A stretch of 58,806 nucleotides of DNA, counting the filler, from Dirinaria sp. TL-2023a (Eukaryota): assembly GCA_051941275.1 (NCBI GenBank). It is 8 parts of 8 records of this genome, joined end to end, with 100 filler letters (N's around TTAATTAATTAA, not from the genome) between each part and the next. Parts side by side here need not be neighbours in the genome. Positions count along the whole stretch, not along the records: positions 29,511 to 36,762 come from JAVEBF010001335.1; positions 36,863 to 44,113 come from JAVEBF010001336.1; positions 44,214 to 51,463 come from JAVEBF010001337.1; 5 more parts are not named here. One strand, given 5' to 3'. Below, one piece after another: positions 35,481 through 48,198 of the stretch. How positions within the stretch are numbered: position 1 is the stretch's first letter; each line of letters starts with the position of its first letter. The notes beneath the pieces were generated by a model that saw only the letters and a program-made list of their open reading frames with translations, was not told the DNA's origin and ran no database searches. The translations under genes and the position numbers were made by a program.

Positions 35481-36690
35481 CGCTTCCTGATCTGTGCTGT
35501 TGACGTCGTTACCGACAGCCGAATCGTGAGCATTGATGCAGTCGGTTGTCTGTCCAGTGTCCACGGACCACGCCAAGAAGCTTGCGCTCGATCTGTTGCT
35601 CCCGATTGGCCATTGTTCGGCCACCGTCCACGACCAGTCGACCACCCACCACCACATCCGCCGAGCCTCACACACCACCCTCAACTGATCGTCCCGTTGA
35701 TGGTTCGTGGGGCGGCTGGAAGGGCGAGCAGATGGCCACCAGCCGGGCGCTGTCCATCATTGGCTACGGGGTGCACTCGAGTCATGGGAGGTTCTGGGAT
35801 CTCTTGGCTGGGGGTGCAGTGGGGGATGATTCGAAATCGTCTGATATTCCTCAAGCGCCAGGGTTGGATGGCTGGCCATTCTGGCAAATCAGAGGCTGGT
35901 CGAGGCTGGTCAAGCCTGCATCGATCCTCAGTGCCAAGGATGAATCGATTGGCCCTCGCTTTCCCAACAGTGCGAGGCGCTAGGAAAGAACCTTGTTTTT
36001 CCTGTCCTAGCAAATTATGTACTAGCCTCTGGGCCAAAAACTCCCACCTCCTAAATTAAATAAGGGGTTTAACGGTTGGCTTGGGGAGAGCAAAAAGCCA
36101 AAAATACAGCGAGGGAGTAACCGAATGAATGCCTCGCTTAATAATCTACTGCTTGTAACACTGAAGAAGCAGTCTTTGGCTCGCTGGGAACGGAGCCATC
36201 AAACGAAGGCATCTATTTCCTTTTGCTGCACCTTTTTCCCACTGAAAAAAGAAATTACAGCAAATTCCCTTTTCTCTGGGTGAGGCACGTGCCAATCAAC
36301 CAGCCATTATAGTCGCATCTGCATTTTCTTAGTCGCGAAGAAAGAAAAATAGAAGTACGCTATGATCTACCTCTAGGCTGGGGACAGACTAGCTGCCGCT
36401 GTAAGTTAACCGCCGGGGCTATTTTAAATGTACGAGTACATGATGGATCTGTACCTAAGGTGGAGGTACTGTAGATCCTGTCATCTTCCTCATCTTCCCA
36501 ACCTCACGCGTCTAAAACCAAACCGACCGAAATAGAAATATTCCCCATAGTTGATTCCAGGTAGGGAAAAAAAAAAGTGGATAATCTACTACCGTACATA
36601 AGAAACATCCCCCATCCCCATCTCTCTCTCTCACCATGTCTGCCTTATTTCCTTTACTACTCCCACTCTGTCACACACAGGACTGGAAAC

Positions 36691-36735
<45 letters not shown>
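36691..36735 (+). repeat. (CAT)15 microsatellite
   Basis: 15 perfect CAT units near the contig end. Confidence 0.95.
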
Positions 36736-36738
<3 letters not shown>

Positions 36739-36902
36739 CCTCCACTTCATAATCGCCCTTCCNNNNNNNNNNNNNNNNNNNNNNNNNNNNNNNNNNNNNN
36801 NNNNNNTTAATTAATTAANNNNNNNNNNNNNNNNNNNNNNNNNNNNNNNNNNNNNNNNNNNNCTATCCCACCCTTTCCCCACCCCATGATGAATTAATAC
36901 AT

Positions 36903-39719
36903 CTAATGATCACTCTCGAAAAAATCCATAACCGCCTTACTCCCTCTCGCCCCGAGCCCATGCGGCGGATAGCAAATAAAAACCGGATCCTCCTCCGCAC
37001 CGAGCTTCTGCCTGAACTCGCTCTTCTGCGTCAGTTTGAACTCGGCCGCGAGGGTCTGGTACATGCGCTGCAGCGTCTTGACCCGGATCCCGCCCATGTT
37101 GTGCACGGCGTGCAGCTTGTTCGTGGCCGCGGCCCCGAACGTCATGTTCCGCGTCCCCGCCGCCGCGGCGGCTTTGATGGCGTGCAGGGTGATGTACTCG
37201 ATCGTCCCCGACGGGGCTTGTGCGAAATCGAGTGAGTACTTGACTTGGTAGCCGTGGCTGAGGGAGAGCTGCGTGAGCACGACGATTGCACAGATGGTGC
37301 CGTGAACGTCTTGGGCGTAGTAATATCGGCGATGTTGGTAATCTCGCCATGGATTAATCTCCGAGATATGCACTTGGGGACCTTTCCGGCCGGCGAGCCA
37401 TTCGGCAATGCGCTTGTCGACCTTGTCGCGGATTTCCTGAGGTGGCTCTTCGCCTTCGGGCAAGTCATGGATTTTCACGCCTTCTTTTTCGGCGTGGCGG
37501 ACTTTCCGCCCGACATCGTGATCAGTCTCCGCAGGGTTTTGCTCAGGGTGCACGCGCTGCTCTGCCGCGCAGGTGAACGTTTTCCAGCCAAATTGGGCGC
37601 CGAGGACTTCTTCCAATTCGTGACCACCTAGCACGTGGATAGGATGCAGATGGGTCTCCTTCTTGAGCCATTTCAGAAACGCGGTCATGATCTTGGTGTA
37701 CTGGCTCGGATCGCATAGAGGGTTCCCGGGTATGATGGCGTAGTCCTTGTTCGTCGGTACATAGGCAACCGCTGCTCCAGTCTCGGGATGTCGCCAAATC
37801 AAGTATCTGTCGTCGGTCCATGAGGTATTTGTGGCATCGCCGTAATTGGCAATGAGATTCTCCAAAGGCTGCATCTGCTCTTCGGTAACCTTTTGGTGAA
37901 CAACCCAAGGCGGCGTAAGGGTGCTATCCGCTGGATGGCGCAGGTTCGAGGATGGCTTCGCCGGTAGCGATTTCGGGTCTCGGTGAAACAGGGAGGCCAG
38001 ACGTACATTCTCCAACTTAAGCATAAGCATTAGCATCCTTTCGAGCCCTATTCCAGCTCCTGCGTGCGGCGGCGCTCCTAGACGGAAGCCCTCCATATAA
38101 TCGTCCATACTCTCGGGGTCTACACCTTGCGCTTTCATTTGGTCAATCAGCATTTTGTGGTCGTGAATACGTTGCCCACCGGTCAAGATCTCTTGACCCC
38201 GAAGGAACATATCAAATGAGTTTGTCTTGGTGTTGTCCTTCGGATCCGGCATTGTGTAAAAAGGACGTGCGGAGGCGGGAAACTTGTCAAGGACATAGAA
38301 GTCGGTTTTATATTTCTCTTTGACAAGCTGGCCTAGGCGTATCTCATCCCTTGTGTGCAGATCTTCATTGGGGGAGGGAGGATTGCCATCTTCGTCAGTC
38401 CAGCCAGAATCATGCAGCATTTGAACACCCTCAGCAAAAGGTATTACTGGGGTCTCGTCTAGCCAGACTAGATCCTCGTGCGGGAAATGCTGCTTGATGA
38501 CCGCTAGCTCTTTACCGTATCGCTCGTAGACGCCCTTGAATATGTATTTCAACGTCTCCAGTATCATATGCATAGCTTCGTGATAGTGCTCTTCAATGGC
38601 CATCTCAATATCCAGCCCTGTGTACTCGGTCAAATGTCGATGTGTATTACTATTTTCGGCACGGAAAACAGGTCCAATCTCGTAAACTCGCTCAAAATCC
38701 GCGGCAATCGCCATCTGCTTCGCGAGTTGGGGGCTCTGGGCAAGGAACGCTGGCCGGCCGAAGTAGTCGAGTTGGAACACACTGGATCCGGACTCGGTTG
38801 CACCGCCTTGCAACTTGGGCGTATGGATTTCGATGAAGCGTTGTGAATCGAGGAAAGTACGAAATAGGTTGGAGACACCCGAATTAATGCGGAAAAGGGC
38901 CTGCGAACTGGTAGTACGCAGATCGAGGATACGATGGGTCAGACGCAGCCGGTCTGTGATGTTCGAAGCATGTGCGCCTTCTGCAACCTCGCGCTCCTTG
39001 GACACTTCATCTTCGTAGACGGTAAATGGAATTGCCTGGGCTCTGCGAGCAACGACATGGAATTCGCGAATCGCGATTTCGAAGTGGTGAACTGTGCAGC
39101 CTTTGATGGGTTCTTTTGGCCTCTGCAGATGGCCCTTCACCAATATAATCGAACCCGGCACGATGCCTTCAGCCCATTGCACCATGTGCTGTGAAACAAG
39201 ACCCTCCTGCTCTGCCAGCACGCCTTGAATCGTTACCAGCTGTTGACGCAGGACGATGAATGCCAACTTAGGGCTCATCTTCCGGACCGTGTGGATGCGC
39301 GCGCGGAACATGACTTGGTCATTTTCGCTGTGCGAGCTAATTCTGGAGATGTCGCAGCGGTGCTCATGCTTCCATACGGTCGATTGGACCAGTGGCAGAT
39401 CGCCATACCGCTCATTGATGCCATTGGGTTCGTTTTGCCAAGCCCTCTTACGCTCTTGCTCCTTCCGATGACGGATGTCTTCCTCTTTCTCGCGGTTGGC
39501 CTCAACACGAGCCTCATGGCTCCGTCGTTTTTCCTGCTTCCTTTTTTGGTGTTGGGTGAATGGGGTGCCATCGGCGTTGAGGAGATCGTCGCTGTCGGAG
39601 GTGGACGATCGAGATTTCTGGTTAAATGTTTCTGCCAAGGCAAGTCGATGCTTAGCGGCTTGGGAATCCTCACTAAATTTATGGCCGCCCCTTTTGAAGA
39701 TACTCAATGTTTTCTTCAT
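36903..39719 (-). CDS. erdS: Ergosteryl-3beta-O-L-aspartate synthase (AspRS-DUF2156 fusion)
   Basis: 938-aa single ORF. OB-fold (FRARIH...FIVLRQ), AspRS motifs LAQSPQLAKQ, FRAENSNTHRHLTE and GAGIGLER, then a ~350-aa DUF2156/aminoacyl-tRNA-transferase domain (GNPLCDP, APSGTIE, MTFGA, KSEFRQKLG). Confidence 0.93.
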   Translation of the reverse strand: MKKTLSIFKRGGHKFSEDSQAAKHRLALAETFNQKSRSSTSDSDDLLNADGTPFTQHQKRKQEKRRSHEARVEANREKEEDIRHRKEQERKRAWQNEPNGINERYGDLPLVQSTVWKHEHRCDISRISSHSENDQVMFRARIHTVRKMSPKLAFIVLRQQLVTIQGVLAEQEGLVSQHMVQWAEGIVPGSIILVKGHLQRPKEPIKGCTVHHFEIAIREFHVVARRAQAIPFTVYEDEVSKEREVAEGAHASNITDRLRLTHRILDLRTTSSQALFRINSGVSNLFRTFLDSQRFIEIHTPKLQGGATESGSSVFQLDYFGRPAFLAQSPQLAKQMAIAADFERVYEIGPVFRAENSNTHRHLTEYTGLDIEMAIEEHYHEAMHMILETLKYIFKGVYERYGKELAVIKQHFPHEDLVWLDETPVIPFAEGVQMLHDSGWTDEDGNPPSPNEDLHTRDEIRLGQLVKEKYKTDFYVLDKFPASARPFYTMPDPKDNTKTNSFDMFLRGQEILTGGQRIHDHKMLIDQMKAQGVDPESMDDYMEGFRLGAPPHAGAGIGLERMLMLMLKLENVRLASLFHRDPKSLPAKPSSNLRHPADSTLTPPWVVHQKVTEEQMQPLENLIANYGDATNTSWTDDRYLIWRHPETGAAVAYVPTNKDYAIIPGNPLCDPSQYTKIMTAFLKWLKKETHLHPIHVLGGHELEEVLGAQFGWKTFTCAAEQRVHPEQNPAETDHDVGRKVRHAEKEGVKIHDLPEGEEPPQEIRDKVDKRIAEWLAGRKGPQVHISEINPWRDYQHRRYYYAQDVHGTICAIVVLTQLSLSHGYQVKYSLDFAQAPSGTIEYITLHAIKAAAAAGTRNMTFGAAATNKLHAVHNMGGIRVKTLQRMYQTLAAEFKLTQKSEFRQKLGAEEDPVFICYPPHGLGARGSKAVMDFFESDH

Positions 39720-40230
39720 AGCGATCCGATGAATTCTGGCAAGGGAGCTTTTTGCCAGAGGCCAATGGAGACTACCTTACTACAAATATTGACCGTACAC
39801 AATCGGTCCTGCTAATTTATCCTCTGCGTGAACTTCGGAAAGAGCAGGACAACCAACGTCAGAGTGACGTCGGATGCCAATTCTACACACGGAGTTCGTA
39901 CCCGCGGCTTCCGAGTAAAATCCATGTTGCTCAGTAATCCGGGCTTACATACTTTACTGTACCCTACCTACCTCTCATTACACCGAACAGTTCATATTTT
40001 CTACCTTAATAATTCACGCATCGCAACTTCGGACCGTCGGAACCCTAATGCCGAAAGACCGTGTCGAGTCAAAAGGATTCACGTGACGATGTACAAGCTT
40101 GAGGGATATGTCACCGTGTACGGCGTTCATATGCTTATGTAGCTTACATGTACTCGTGATGTCTGGTGATCAGTGAGAGCAGTCTCTACTTCAAGGCACC
40201 ATCCGGACTCGGACCATACAGAGATCCAGT

Positions 40231-41274
40231 ATGCCCGAGGATCGAGGGAGGCTCCGTCTGCGAGCAGCCTGGTGGCGTTTCCTGGCCAAGATTGGGGCAT
40301 ATATCCATGACTTTCCAGCCCCTAAACCTGCTATACCACAATTTATACACCAAATCACCACCACTACCGCCTCGGATTCGGGCCCGGGTACCATCGAACT
40401 GAAGTTCTATGTGCGGGATGATTACCGACAGCGGATGGAGGGAAAGAGGTTCCCCGTCATCGTCAATTTCCACGGTGGTGGGTTTACCTTGGGCACTGCG
40501 ACGGATGATGGACGATGGGCCTCGGCGATCCTCGAAGAAGTTCAAGCCGTGTTCGTGAGCGTCGAATACAGGCTTGCTCCCGAACACGCTTTTCCTATCG
40601 CCATTGAGGACGGTGTAGAGGCGCTATTGTATCTGGCTAGCAACTCTGAAATGTTCGGTATCGATAACACAAGGATGGTACTTTCTGGCTTCTCAGCCGG
40701 GGGTAACATGACATTTACGGTGCCTCTGAAGTTGCAAACTTACCTCAACTCTTCAGGTACGGAAGCCAGCAGCCAGGATCTCCCGGACCTTGCACCAGAC
40801 AACGTTCCCAAAATCGTTGCTATTGTATCCTGGTACCCTATTGTAGATTACGGAATCCCGCGCGCCGAGAAGCGTGCTGCCTCCCTCCGACCCGAGAAGT
40901 GCATGCCTGCTTTCTTCACAGACCTTTTCGATGAGGCCTATTTACCGAACGAAAAAGACAAGGACTCGCCCTTTGTGTCTCCTGCCAATGCATCGGATGA
41001 AATGCTGATCGAAGCATTACCAGATACTGTCGCTTTCTATTTGTGCGAATGGGACATGCTCCTTGACGAAGGCCGGAAGTTCGCAGAACGCTTGGAGAAG
41101 CTAGGCAAAACAGTCAGTCTAACCGTCATCAAGGAAGTGCAGCACGGCTTTGACAAGATGCCGTCTATTTCTGTGGACGCGAGGGTCAGATTGCATTATT
41201 TGAGTGCTTGTGCTTTCATCAACGAAGCTTTAGGCAACGCCAGCATGTCAATCTCCAGCGACGAACACCTGTAG
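40231..41274 (+). CDS. erdH: HSL-family alpha/beta hydrolase, probable ergosteryl-aspartate hydrolase
   Basis: Motifs NFHGGGFTLG, VEYRLAPEH, GFSAGG nucleophile elbow, CEWDML and HGFDK; transcribed divergently 511 bp from erdS, as in the known erdS/erdH locus. Confidence 0.85.
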   Translation: MPEDRGRLRLRAAWWRFLAKIGAYIHDFPAPKPAIPQFIHQITTTTASDSGPGTIELKFYVRDDYRQRMEGKRFPVIVNFHGGGFTLGTATDDGRWASAILEEVQAVFVSVEYRLAPEHAFPIAIEDGVEALLYLASNSEMFGIDNTRMVLSGFSAGGNMTFTVPLKLQTYLNSSGTEASSQDLPDLAPDNVPKIVAIVSWYPIVDYGIPRAEKRAASLRPEKCMPAFFTDLFDEAYLPNEKDKDSPFVSPANASDEMLIEALPDTVAFYLCEWDMLLDEGRKFAERLEKLGKTVSLTVIKEVQHGFDKMPSISVDARVRLHYLSACAFINEALGNASMSISSDEHL

Positions 41275-42423
41275 CTTGTCCCTGTGAAACCACGCGTGGT
41301 TCATCGGTTCCAGCGAGTTCGAGGTTTGGCCAACTTATAACTACAGGGTCAAAGTCCGCATATAAATTTACCCCTAAGACATCCTCCAAAATACCTACGA
41401 TGTCTGTGATCTATAGCATTGGGGCTATCGAAGCATCGCATATGCCGCTTGAGACTACGGTCTATTGTGAGGTGCGTAAGTGGATTTCCTAAGCAACCGC
41501 ATACAGTTATCGAAATCGAGTGTCATGAAAAGTCACCTTCGATAGAACAATTGCCTTTTCCTCATCCATTCTCCGGAAAAAACTTTGACATAGCCAAGGC
41601 TCCTTCCAACAACAGCCTGCCTTGATCGGTAACGTACGCTCGATTCTACAATTGGCCACACTTGTGGGTTTGAATAATAAGGTACCGTTCGCCTCTTCGT
41701 CTATTTACTGAGCAGGCTTGTAAGGTCTGCCAGTTGCCCGTCATGTGGCTTTGCAACTAAAGCTGATATTGGCACGCATATACTCCAGATACTTTTGAAC
41801 TTGGGAGTAAAAAGAATGGTAACGCTGCAAGTATTGGACTCATTGCAACACATCCCTATAAAGTAAGCTTCTCAATTGGCATTGAGGCGCTCAGCGGAAC
41901 ACGACGCACCAGACTTCGGTTCAACTCGCTAAATCGAGGTCTCTTTTACCATCGATAATTTACCAAATTCCTGTGAGAACGTCTACAGAGTGCATCAGCT
42001 TAAAACTCTGATGATAGTCTTTTCACAGGTAAATACTTTTCATATGAGGTTTTCAAGGTCCAACACTTTGTCCCTGACTCCAAAAAACTTTGGGGGCGTA
42101 ATTTTTGGTCTGCCTCGTTCTCCTTACCCCGCGGACGGGCGCTTGCTGCACTATCAAGGGGCTCGTACACACCGGGCTTACCTTCAGTGCAGGATAATTC
42201 TGTAGCATAGCTTCGCTGCCTAGTATTGAGGAAACCGTGGCACTACTCTTCTCACAGTTGCAAGCGCTCATCGACCGTTATCGCTGCCGGCTTTCGGTAC
42301 AATATGGCTACCACAGACGGTCAAGCGCCCTTTGTTAAAGCCTCACTTGACACGTTTTCTGTCACGAGACTGCCTCGTAGGTGGCACTCAGACAAGCAAT
42401 ATGAATTTGATTACTAAAATGTT

Positions 42424-43347
42424 GTGACAGAAACACTCGATTGTGGCGGGTGCGAACTGAACATCGAATGTACATATTTCGCTGCCAATTCAGCGATTAC
42501 AGCGCTAGGCTCACAAGGCCTTCTCGGATTGGATGGAACTAGCCCTAGACCTCCCTACATCGAATACCGTTCATACTCCATAATTACGGAAATTATCTCT
42601 ACTGGGTCATGCCAAACCACCACCGGGTCATATGTTCCCCTTGAACCACCTATACTTGCAACGGTCAGTAATAGCAAAGAGCTAGGCCTAAGCCTTTTTG
42701 CGGGAAATTTTTTGGTTTCCCATCTAGGTTTTACAGAGTGTTTTCCGAACGTAGATATGATTACACGTCTGCCGACTTCGCAGGCTCGTGTTACGACTTC
42801 CGGTGCTTCGCGAAGCTCAAAAGTCCCGGGTTTAATACCGACTGTAGCGTCTAGAACAGATCCGGCCTTTCCCTCAGCATCGACGTCGAACATTTCCAGA
42901 GATACTCCCGTTGCCCCGGTCAAGGTCATCTTAGGTCTCGTGGCCACTGCTATACTTATATCTGCTCTCGTTCTTTCATTTTGCATCTGGCGCAGACGTC
43001 GCAAATCGAACTTCAAGAAAGATACGGTTATCGAAGAAACGCATGCCAGCAACCTGCAGCCATTCTTTCAGCAGAAACCAGAATTACATTCAGAACAAGC
43101 GAGACACGAAATGCCAGGAGATGACATCCGCCATGAGCTGGACGAGGGTTGCAGCAGGAATGAGCTCGTTGCAATCTCGGCCCCGAATGAGATAGCGGCA
43201 GATCGTAATGGCCAGGAGAACGCGACAGCTTGGGGAATCACCACTTTACAGGAACTACGAGGACTTGAATGCAGTCACGAACTTGCTGATGATCGGGTGG
43301 GGGGCGCTATGCCAATGGATGACTCGCGGAATACAGGACCAGCGTGA
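42424..43347 (+). CDS. Single-pass membrane protein with Ser/Thr-rich ectodomain (5' exons likely upstream)
   Basis: Cys- and S/T-rich region, TM (VILGLVATAILISALVLSFCIW), basic stop-transfer RRRRK, and a cytosolic QQKPEL...HEM/HEL repeat tail typical of fungal surface-sensor-like proteins. Confidence 0.6.
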   Translation: MTETLDCGGCELNIECTYFAANSAITALGSQGLLGLDGTSPRPPYIEYRSYSIITEIISTGSCQTTTGSYVPLEPPILATVSNSKELGLSLFAGNFLVSHLGFTECFPNVDMITRLPTSQARVTTSGASRSSKVPGLIPTVASRTDPAFPSASTSNISRDTPVAPVKVILGLVATAILISALVLSFCIWRRRRKSNFKKDTVIEETHASNLQPFFQQKPELHSEQARHEMPGDDIRHELDEGCSRNELVAISAPNEIAADRNGQENATAWGITTLQELRGLECSHELADDRVGGAMPMDDSRNTGPA

Positions 43348-44213
43348 GGAATTTAACAAATTTTGATAATCTACCAGAAGAGTTTCGTGTGGATTTCATG
43401 GACTCATCCGCTGCAGCGCTACTAATCGGGGACATGATGAAGAAGGGTCTTTGAAAAGGACACGCGAAGCCTGGAAAACATCTATCATAAATCCAAAAAT
43501 GACTACTGGCCAATGCTTCCGCAGCATGGCCACAGCCATTACGCTTTCGGCGCCGATTTTTTAGCTGTTTCTCCTGAGCATCTACTCCCTCCCCTTCCTC
43601 TATCAATGACGTCGATGCTGTTCATCCCGGCATCCGTCCTCCATGTGATGTTATACTGCACTATAACAAATCCTGCTTAAGTTCGAATACCAGAAGTACC
43701 AGGATAGCTCCCAAAGCGTATCAACTATAAACCGGAGCTTGTCTGCCGCTCCCCATAAGGCCCCCGCCTGTATACCACTTGCAGTATTTGCATTCTGTTT
43801 AATTAGCTAGTATCGAGCCCATCTCACGAATTATAAAAATTCTCATGATACGCAAGAATGACTTTGAAACGAAAAAAGGAGAGGGCCTAGATATTTTATT
43901 CTTGGCGGGATCAATGATTCCTAAAGGTACCCTTGACAAAAAGCAGCAATAAATAGGTATTAAATCCCTTTAAGCATAAATATTATTAGATAAGGTGACT
44001 CGATACTTTTTTACTGAAAAAATCCTACGTAGATAAAAGGCGCCCATCACACCACCAAAAAAACAGAAGAAAAGAAAGAAAAAGAAAGAAAAGTGCTCTA
44101 AAATGTTGTACTGNNNNNNNNNNNNNNNNNNNNNNNNNNNNNNNNNNNNNNNNNNNNTTAATTAATTAANNNNNNNNNNNNNNNNNNNNNNNNNNNNNNN
44201 NNNNNNNNNNNNN

Positions 44214-44659
44214 CGCAGCAAGCGACGCATCACGGATTCTTCTAGGCCGCAAGTTCTTGCTACTTCGGAGAAAGGTCTTTCCTCTTGAACCGGAAAGCTA
44301 TTTGCGATTCGAAAGCTTGTAAGAGCCTGCATACTGAGAAGCTCATCATGCTACATTCATATTTGATAAGAATTGATTTGATTAGTTCAGACGACAATAA
44401 CGTGAGGAGAGCGCACCGTGAAACTCTGCAAATAGTCTCGTGACCCCAACATCAGATCTCGCAGTTTTCGAGTATCATTTATAACTTTTGCTCGTGCATT
44501 CCGAATCTCAACGGCTTCTGCAGGAATCACGGATTCATTTGGTGCATCTAGATCAAACGATGGAAAAGGTAGACCCTCGGAGCGCAGAAAGTCGGCAACT
44601 TTTCGGGTATTGTGTGCTATTGCCTCGGACAGGCTTTCGATGCTCTGACCATGCGACAT
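44214..44659 (-). CDS. Class II SAM-dependent O-methyltransferase (fungal secondary-metabolite type), N-terminal part, cut by contig end
   Basis: MSHGQSIESLSEAIAHNTRKVADFLRSEGLPFPSFD...LRDLMLG, then an intron, then HDELLSMQAL..FRIANSFP...FSEVARTCGLEESVMRRLL (dimerisation winged helix). Confidence 0.8.
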
Positions 44660-46179
44660 TACGATTCTTAGACTGGGTTCATAAAGCGGAGGTGGGAGGC
44701 CTAAAGCAGTGCTTCAAGGTCTACTGAGATCATGAAGACGTTTCTTAAATTTATCAGACCTGAATGAAAGTGTCAGTACAAAAGACTCAACCATAATAGT
44801 GTGCAAGAGTCAGACCCTACTTAAAAGCGATGTGTTGCAGTGTAGGGGTAGCCACTTGTGAAGTTAGACTTGGTGAGGGTGTCTCAGAACGCACACCAAC
44901 GTCACTGAGGCACAGTGAAGGAATATCTACCTTGCAATTGCTGCAGAGTTGCGTCACTCTTGTCGCACAAGGCGCCTAGACCACTGTGTTTGAATGAGAA
45001 TGATGTGCGCGCAAGATCTACCATCCAATATTCAAGATATTAAGTACTACGTCGGAAATATCGAGACTCAGAGTGTGACCACCAGGTGATGTACCACGAT
45101 CTACTTCTTACCCGAAAAATGATCGCTACGAACTATTGTATTGGTTCAATGTGAGATGAAATGATTATGTGAATGGCATTGGCTTCTAGCCTAGCGAATC
45201 GGCTCACGTCAAGATGGTTCATTCTGAAATCGTCAATGTAGATGCGCTTTCTGGAATCACGGCCGAGTTTTGCGAGCCTACTTTGCGAAGAATTTGGAAA
45301 ATGGCGGACGAGCGATGGCACTGTGGAGTTCAAGTGAACTTCGTCTTTCAGAGTGCTGTTCAAGGACACCTTCATTATATCATTTAGCGATGCGCTAGGC
45401 TTTTAGAAAGCTATCATACCAATGATATTTGTCCCGCCCAAAGACAACCATAGAAGCCTTACTACCGTATGCAGTCAACCTCTTTCGAAATAATGAAAAA
45501 GATGTCCTAGTATTACGATTATGTATCAGAATTGGGACCAAATAGAGCGCGCTAAATCTTCGAGCCTTGAATCGGAGCTCGACCGCCTCAAGAGAGAAAA
45601 TATGACGGAGGTGATAGCAAAGGTTTCCTGCGCTTTCTTATATGATGCCAAAAGGTCTCAAAAAGGTTAGATAGTTTCTACTCTGAGAATTTTGATTGAA
45701 GTTTTCCAAACTTCATTGCCAAACGACAGGTAGCAAGAGGTAATAGAATTCGGTAAGGAGATACTGGGTTAGGTTCTACGAGCGCGCCGTTCGGAACGGT
45801 GCCGCTTTGAAAAAAAAAAAAGGAAAAGAAGTCAGACACTTATATTACTTGGTAATTGCGTGATTGCATGGAGACATTGCAAGGTCAAAGCCCGTAAGTT
45901 GGAAAATACTGGCATTTGGACGCTGCTAGCTGCGGAGCGACTTCACCCGCGCCGTTGCCTGATGTGGGGAATATCAAAATCGCTGCGTAGTGCCCTAGAC
46001 CTTGTAAAGTGAGATAGACGGTCGATCGTCGTGGCCAGTTATGACCGAAATTGTGGGAATCAAAAGGATGGAGGATCCAGGATTCGAGCTTCTGCAACCA
46101 AGTGGCATCGGGGATAGTAGCCGACCGGCTGAGCTAAGCGATGCGTGCTGGGCCGCCCCCATCGGTACGATGAGCTGAA

Positions 46180-48198
46180 TGTGGCAAAACGACGGCTGCT
46201 GCATATTCTGCGTCAGAAAAGCATAGACGAGAAGATGGTGGGGTGGATAGAGGCCTTTTTGAGTGACCGCACGACTATATTGAAAACGTGTGAACACGTG
46301 ACAGAGAAAATAGATATATCGGTAGGCATATTGCAGGGGTCGTCGTTATCATCTATACTCTTTCTGTTCTTTATCGCAACACTGCTTGAGAAGCTGAAAA
46401 GCAGAGAGGTATTTACATGCGGCTTCGTCGATGACACAGACATTCTGACATCAGGCAGATAATGCACGCGATATTGCTACCGCAATTGTCATATGGATGC
46501 TCTGCATGGCATAGACCGCAAGGCAAAAAAAACGAGCTCACAAAAGCAGAAATGAAGTGGCTGAAAGATATACAATATAAAGCTGAGAGGGCAATAACGA
46601 AAGCGTTTAAAGCTACGTCAAAGTTAGTTTTACACATAGAAACGCACACGTCATCGATCAAAACAATACTCGACAAAACGGCATACACGATGACAATTCG
46701 AATAGCAACTAGCTCTGTCTATGATCTCATAGTACTACTCAGATCGAAGAAAAAGAACAGAAAAACTAGCTCACTAAAAAAACTGACTCTAGAACTACGA
46801 AAAGAAATGAATATGAAGCTCGATCGAGTCGAGAAGATAGTTCCGTTCGTTGCGACGTCATGATGACGATCGTCGAATGTGAATATACAACAATCAAAAG
46901 AGAAGACGAAGAAGAAACACGAGAATCTGATGAAAGAGATGCAGAATATGATGATATACACAGACGATAACGACATCAATGACAAAATAGAAACCGCTGC
47001 GATAGCGTCAGAGACGACGCGCAGAATTTATCTAAACAAGAAAGAACACTAGACGATGTACTCTGCAGAGCTTTATGAAATCATTCTGATCCTAGCAATG
47101 ACGACGGGGCACATCGACGAAAGAGTCATTATATGCGTGAATAATCAGACCGTCATTAGAGTCATAACAAATCTCAAAACAAAATCAGAGCAGCGATATG
47201 TCGCGTACGCGATATGATTAATAGAGCATCTTCGAAAGCTGGGAATAAAAATAGAACTACACTGAGTATTCGCGCACAAGAGTATTGTCGGCAACGAAGC
47301 AGCAGATATCGCAGTCAAAGAGACAACGAGGTGGAGACGCAAAAGGCAGCGTCGCGGAAAATATATTGAGAAGAACACAAACAACATCGCGAAGCAGGCG
47401 ATAATCTCAGACATATTGAGCAGTTCTTTATGCACTCACATCAAGAAGGTGTTGGAGAAGATGTGAAGCATGCAGTGACAAAAGAGCTGCATAGGAAAAG
47501 CGCTGCGCGATATAGAGTCACGACCAAGAAAGGGAATTTTGAAGCTACACGAAAATCTGACGAAAGCACAGAGCGCAATGACGATGTAGATGAGAACAGA
47601 CAAGATAGATCTTCGTCAATTTCTACATCGCAGAAAGATGTCAGACTTCGATAGCCTCGCATGCGAATGCGGAGAAGAACATCAGATCGTCAAACACGTA
47701 TTGTTTGAATGCAGAAAGTATAGCACGATAAGAAGAGAATACTGAGATATGAAGAAAAAGGAGGCAGCATGGAGGGTACTGAATCTGAAGATACTAACAC
47801 AAACAGTTAGTCTCAAGAAGGTAATTATCTTCATGAAAAATACAGAGCCCCCAGATCAATTTGGGGAGTCAATTATAGAAGAAAACGATATAGAGCATGG
47901 TGCATAGACATCGAGTGCATTGAATCGGCAACTTCTTGCCGCAGGATGAAATAAGAGGTAGGTTCAGAGACGATGATGTCGGATGAAACCGCCTCAAAAG
48001 AAAAACAACAAATTATAGATAAACAAATCGCCAGAAGGACTGCGCGTTTGCAGATTATACGGCTTCATTTTTGAAGCAGATATAAGGAGGCAAAGGTGGG
48101 GTGCTTTTATTGGTTAGATAGTATGACTCATGGCCGCATAGCTAGTCTTGATAGGACGGGCTCCGAGTGCCTAATGACGTAATCAATCAATCAATCAA
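46180..48198 (+). mobile_element. 5'-truncated, internally deleted, hypermutated Tad1-like LINE with RNase H, (AATC)n tail and 14-bp TSD
   Basis: TACGATGAGCTGAA at 46166-46179 and 48199-48212; (AATC)n tail at 48181-48198. RT remnants (GILQGSSLSSILFLFF, GFVDD), RNase H remnants (IYTDD, H*VFAHKSIVGNEAAD) and a zinc knuckle (CECGEEHQIVKHVLFEC). Confidence 0.93.

Noticed and set aside
34323..36059. Numerous overlapping and antisense ORFs over COY1, and similar ones over erdS, pol and the oxidoreductase
   Set aside because: Shadow frames of GC-rich coding sequence with no motifs or splice support, unlike the antisense gene at 13226-14665, which overlaps no sense gene.
36577..36810. Poly-histidine ORF
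   Set aside because: Translation of a (CAT)15 microsatellite running into the N gap.
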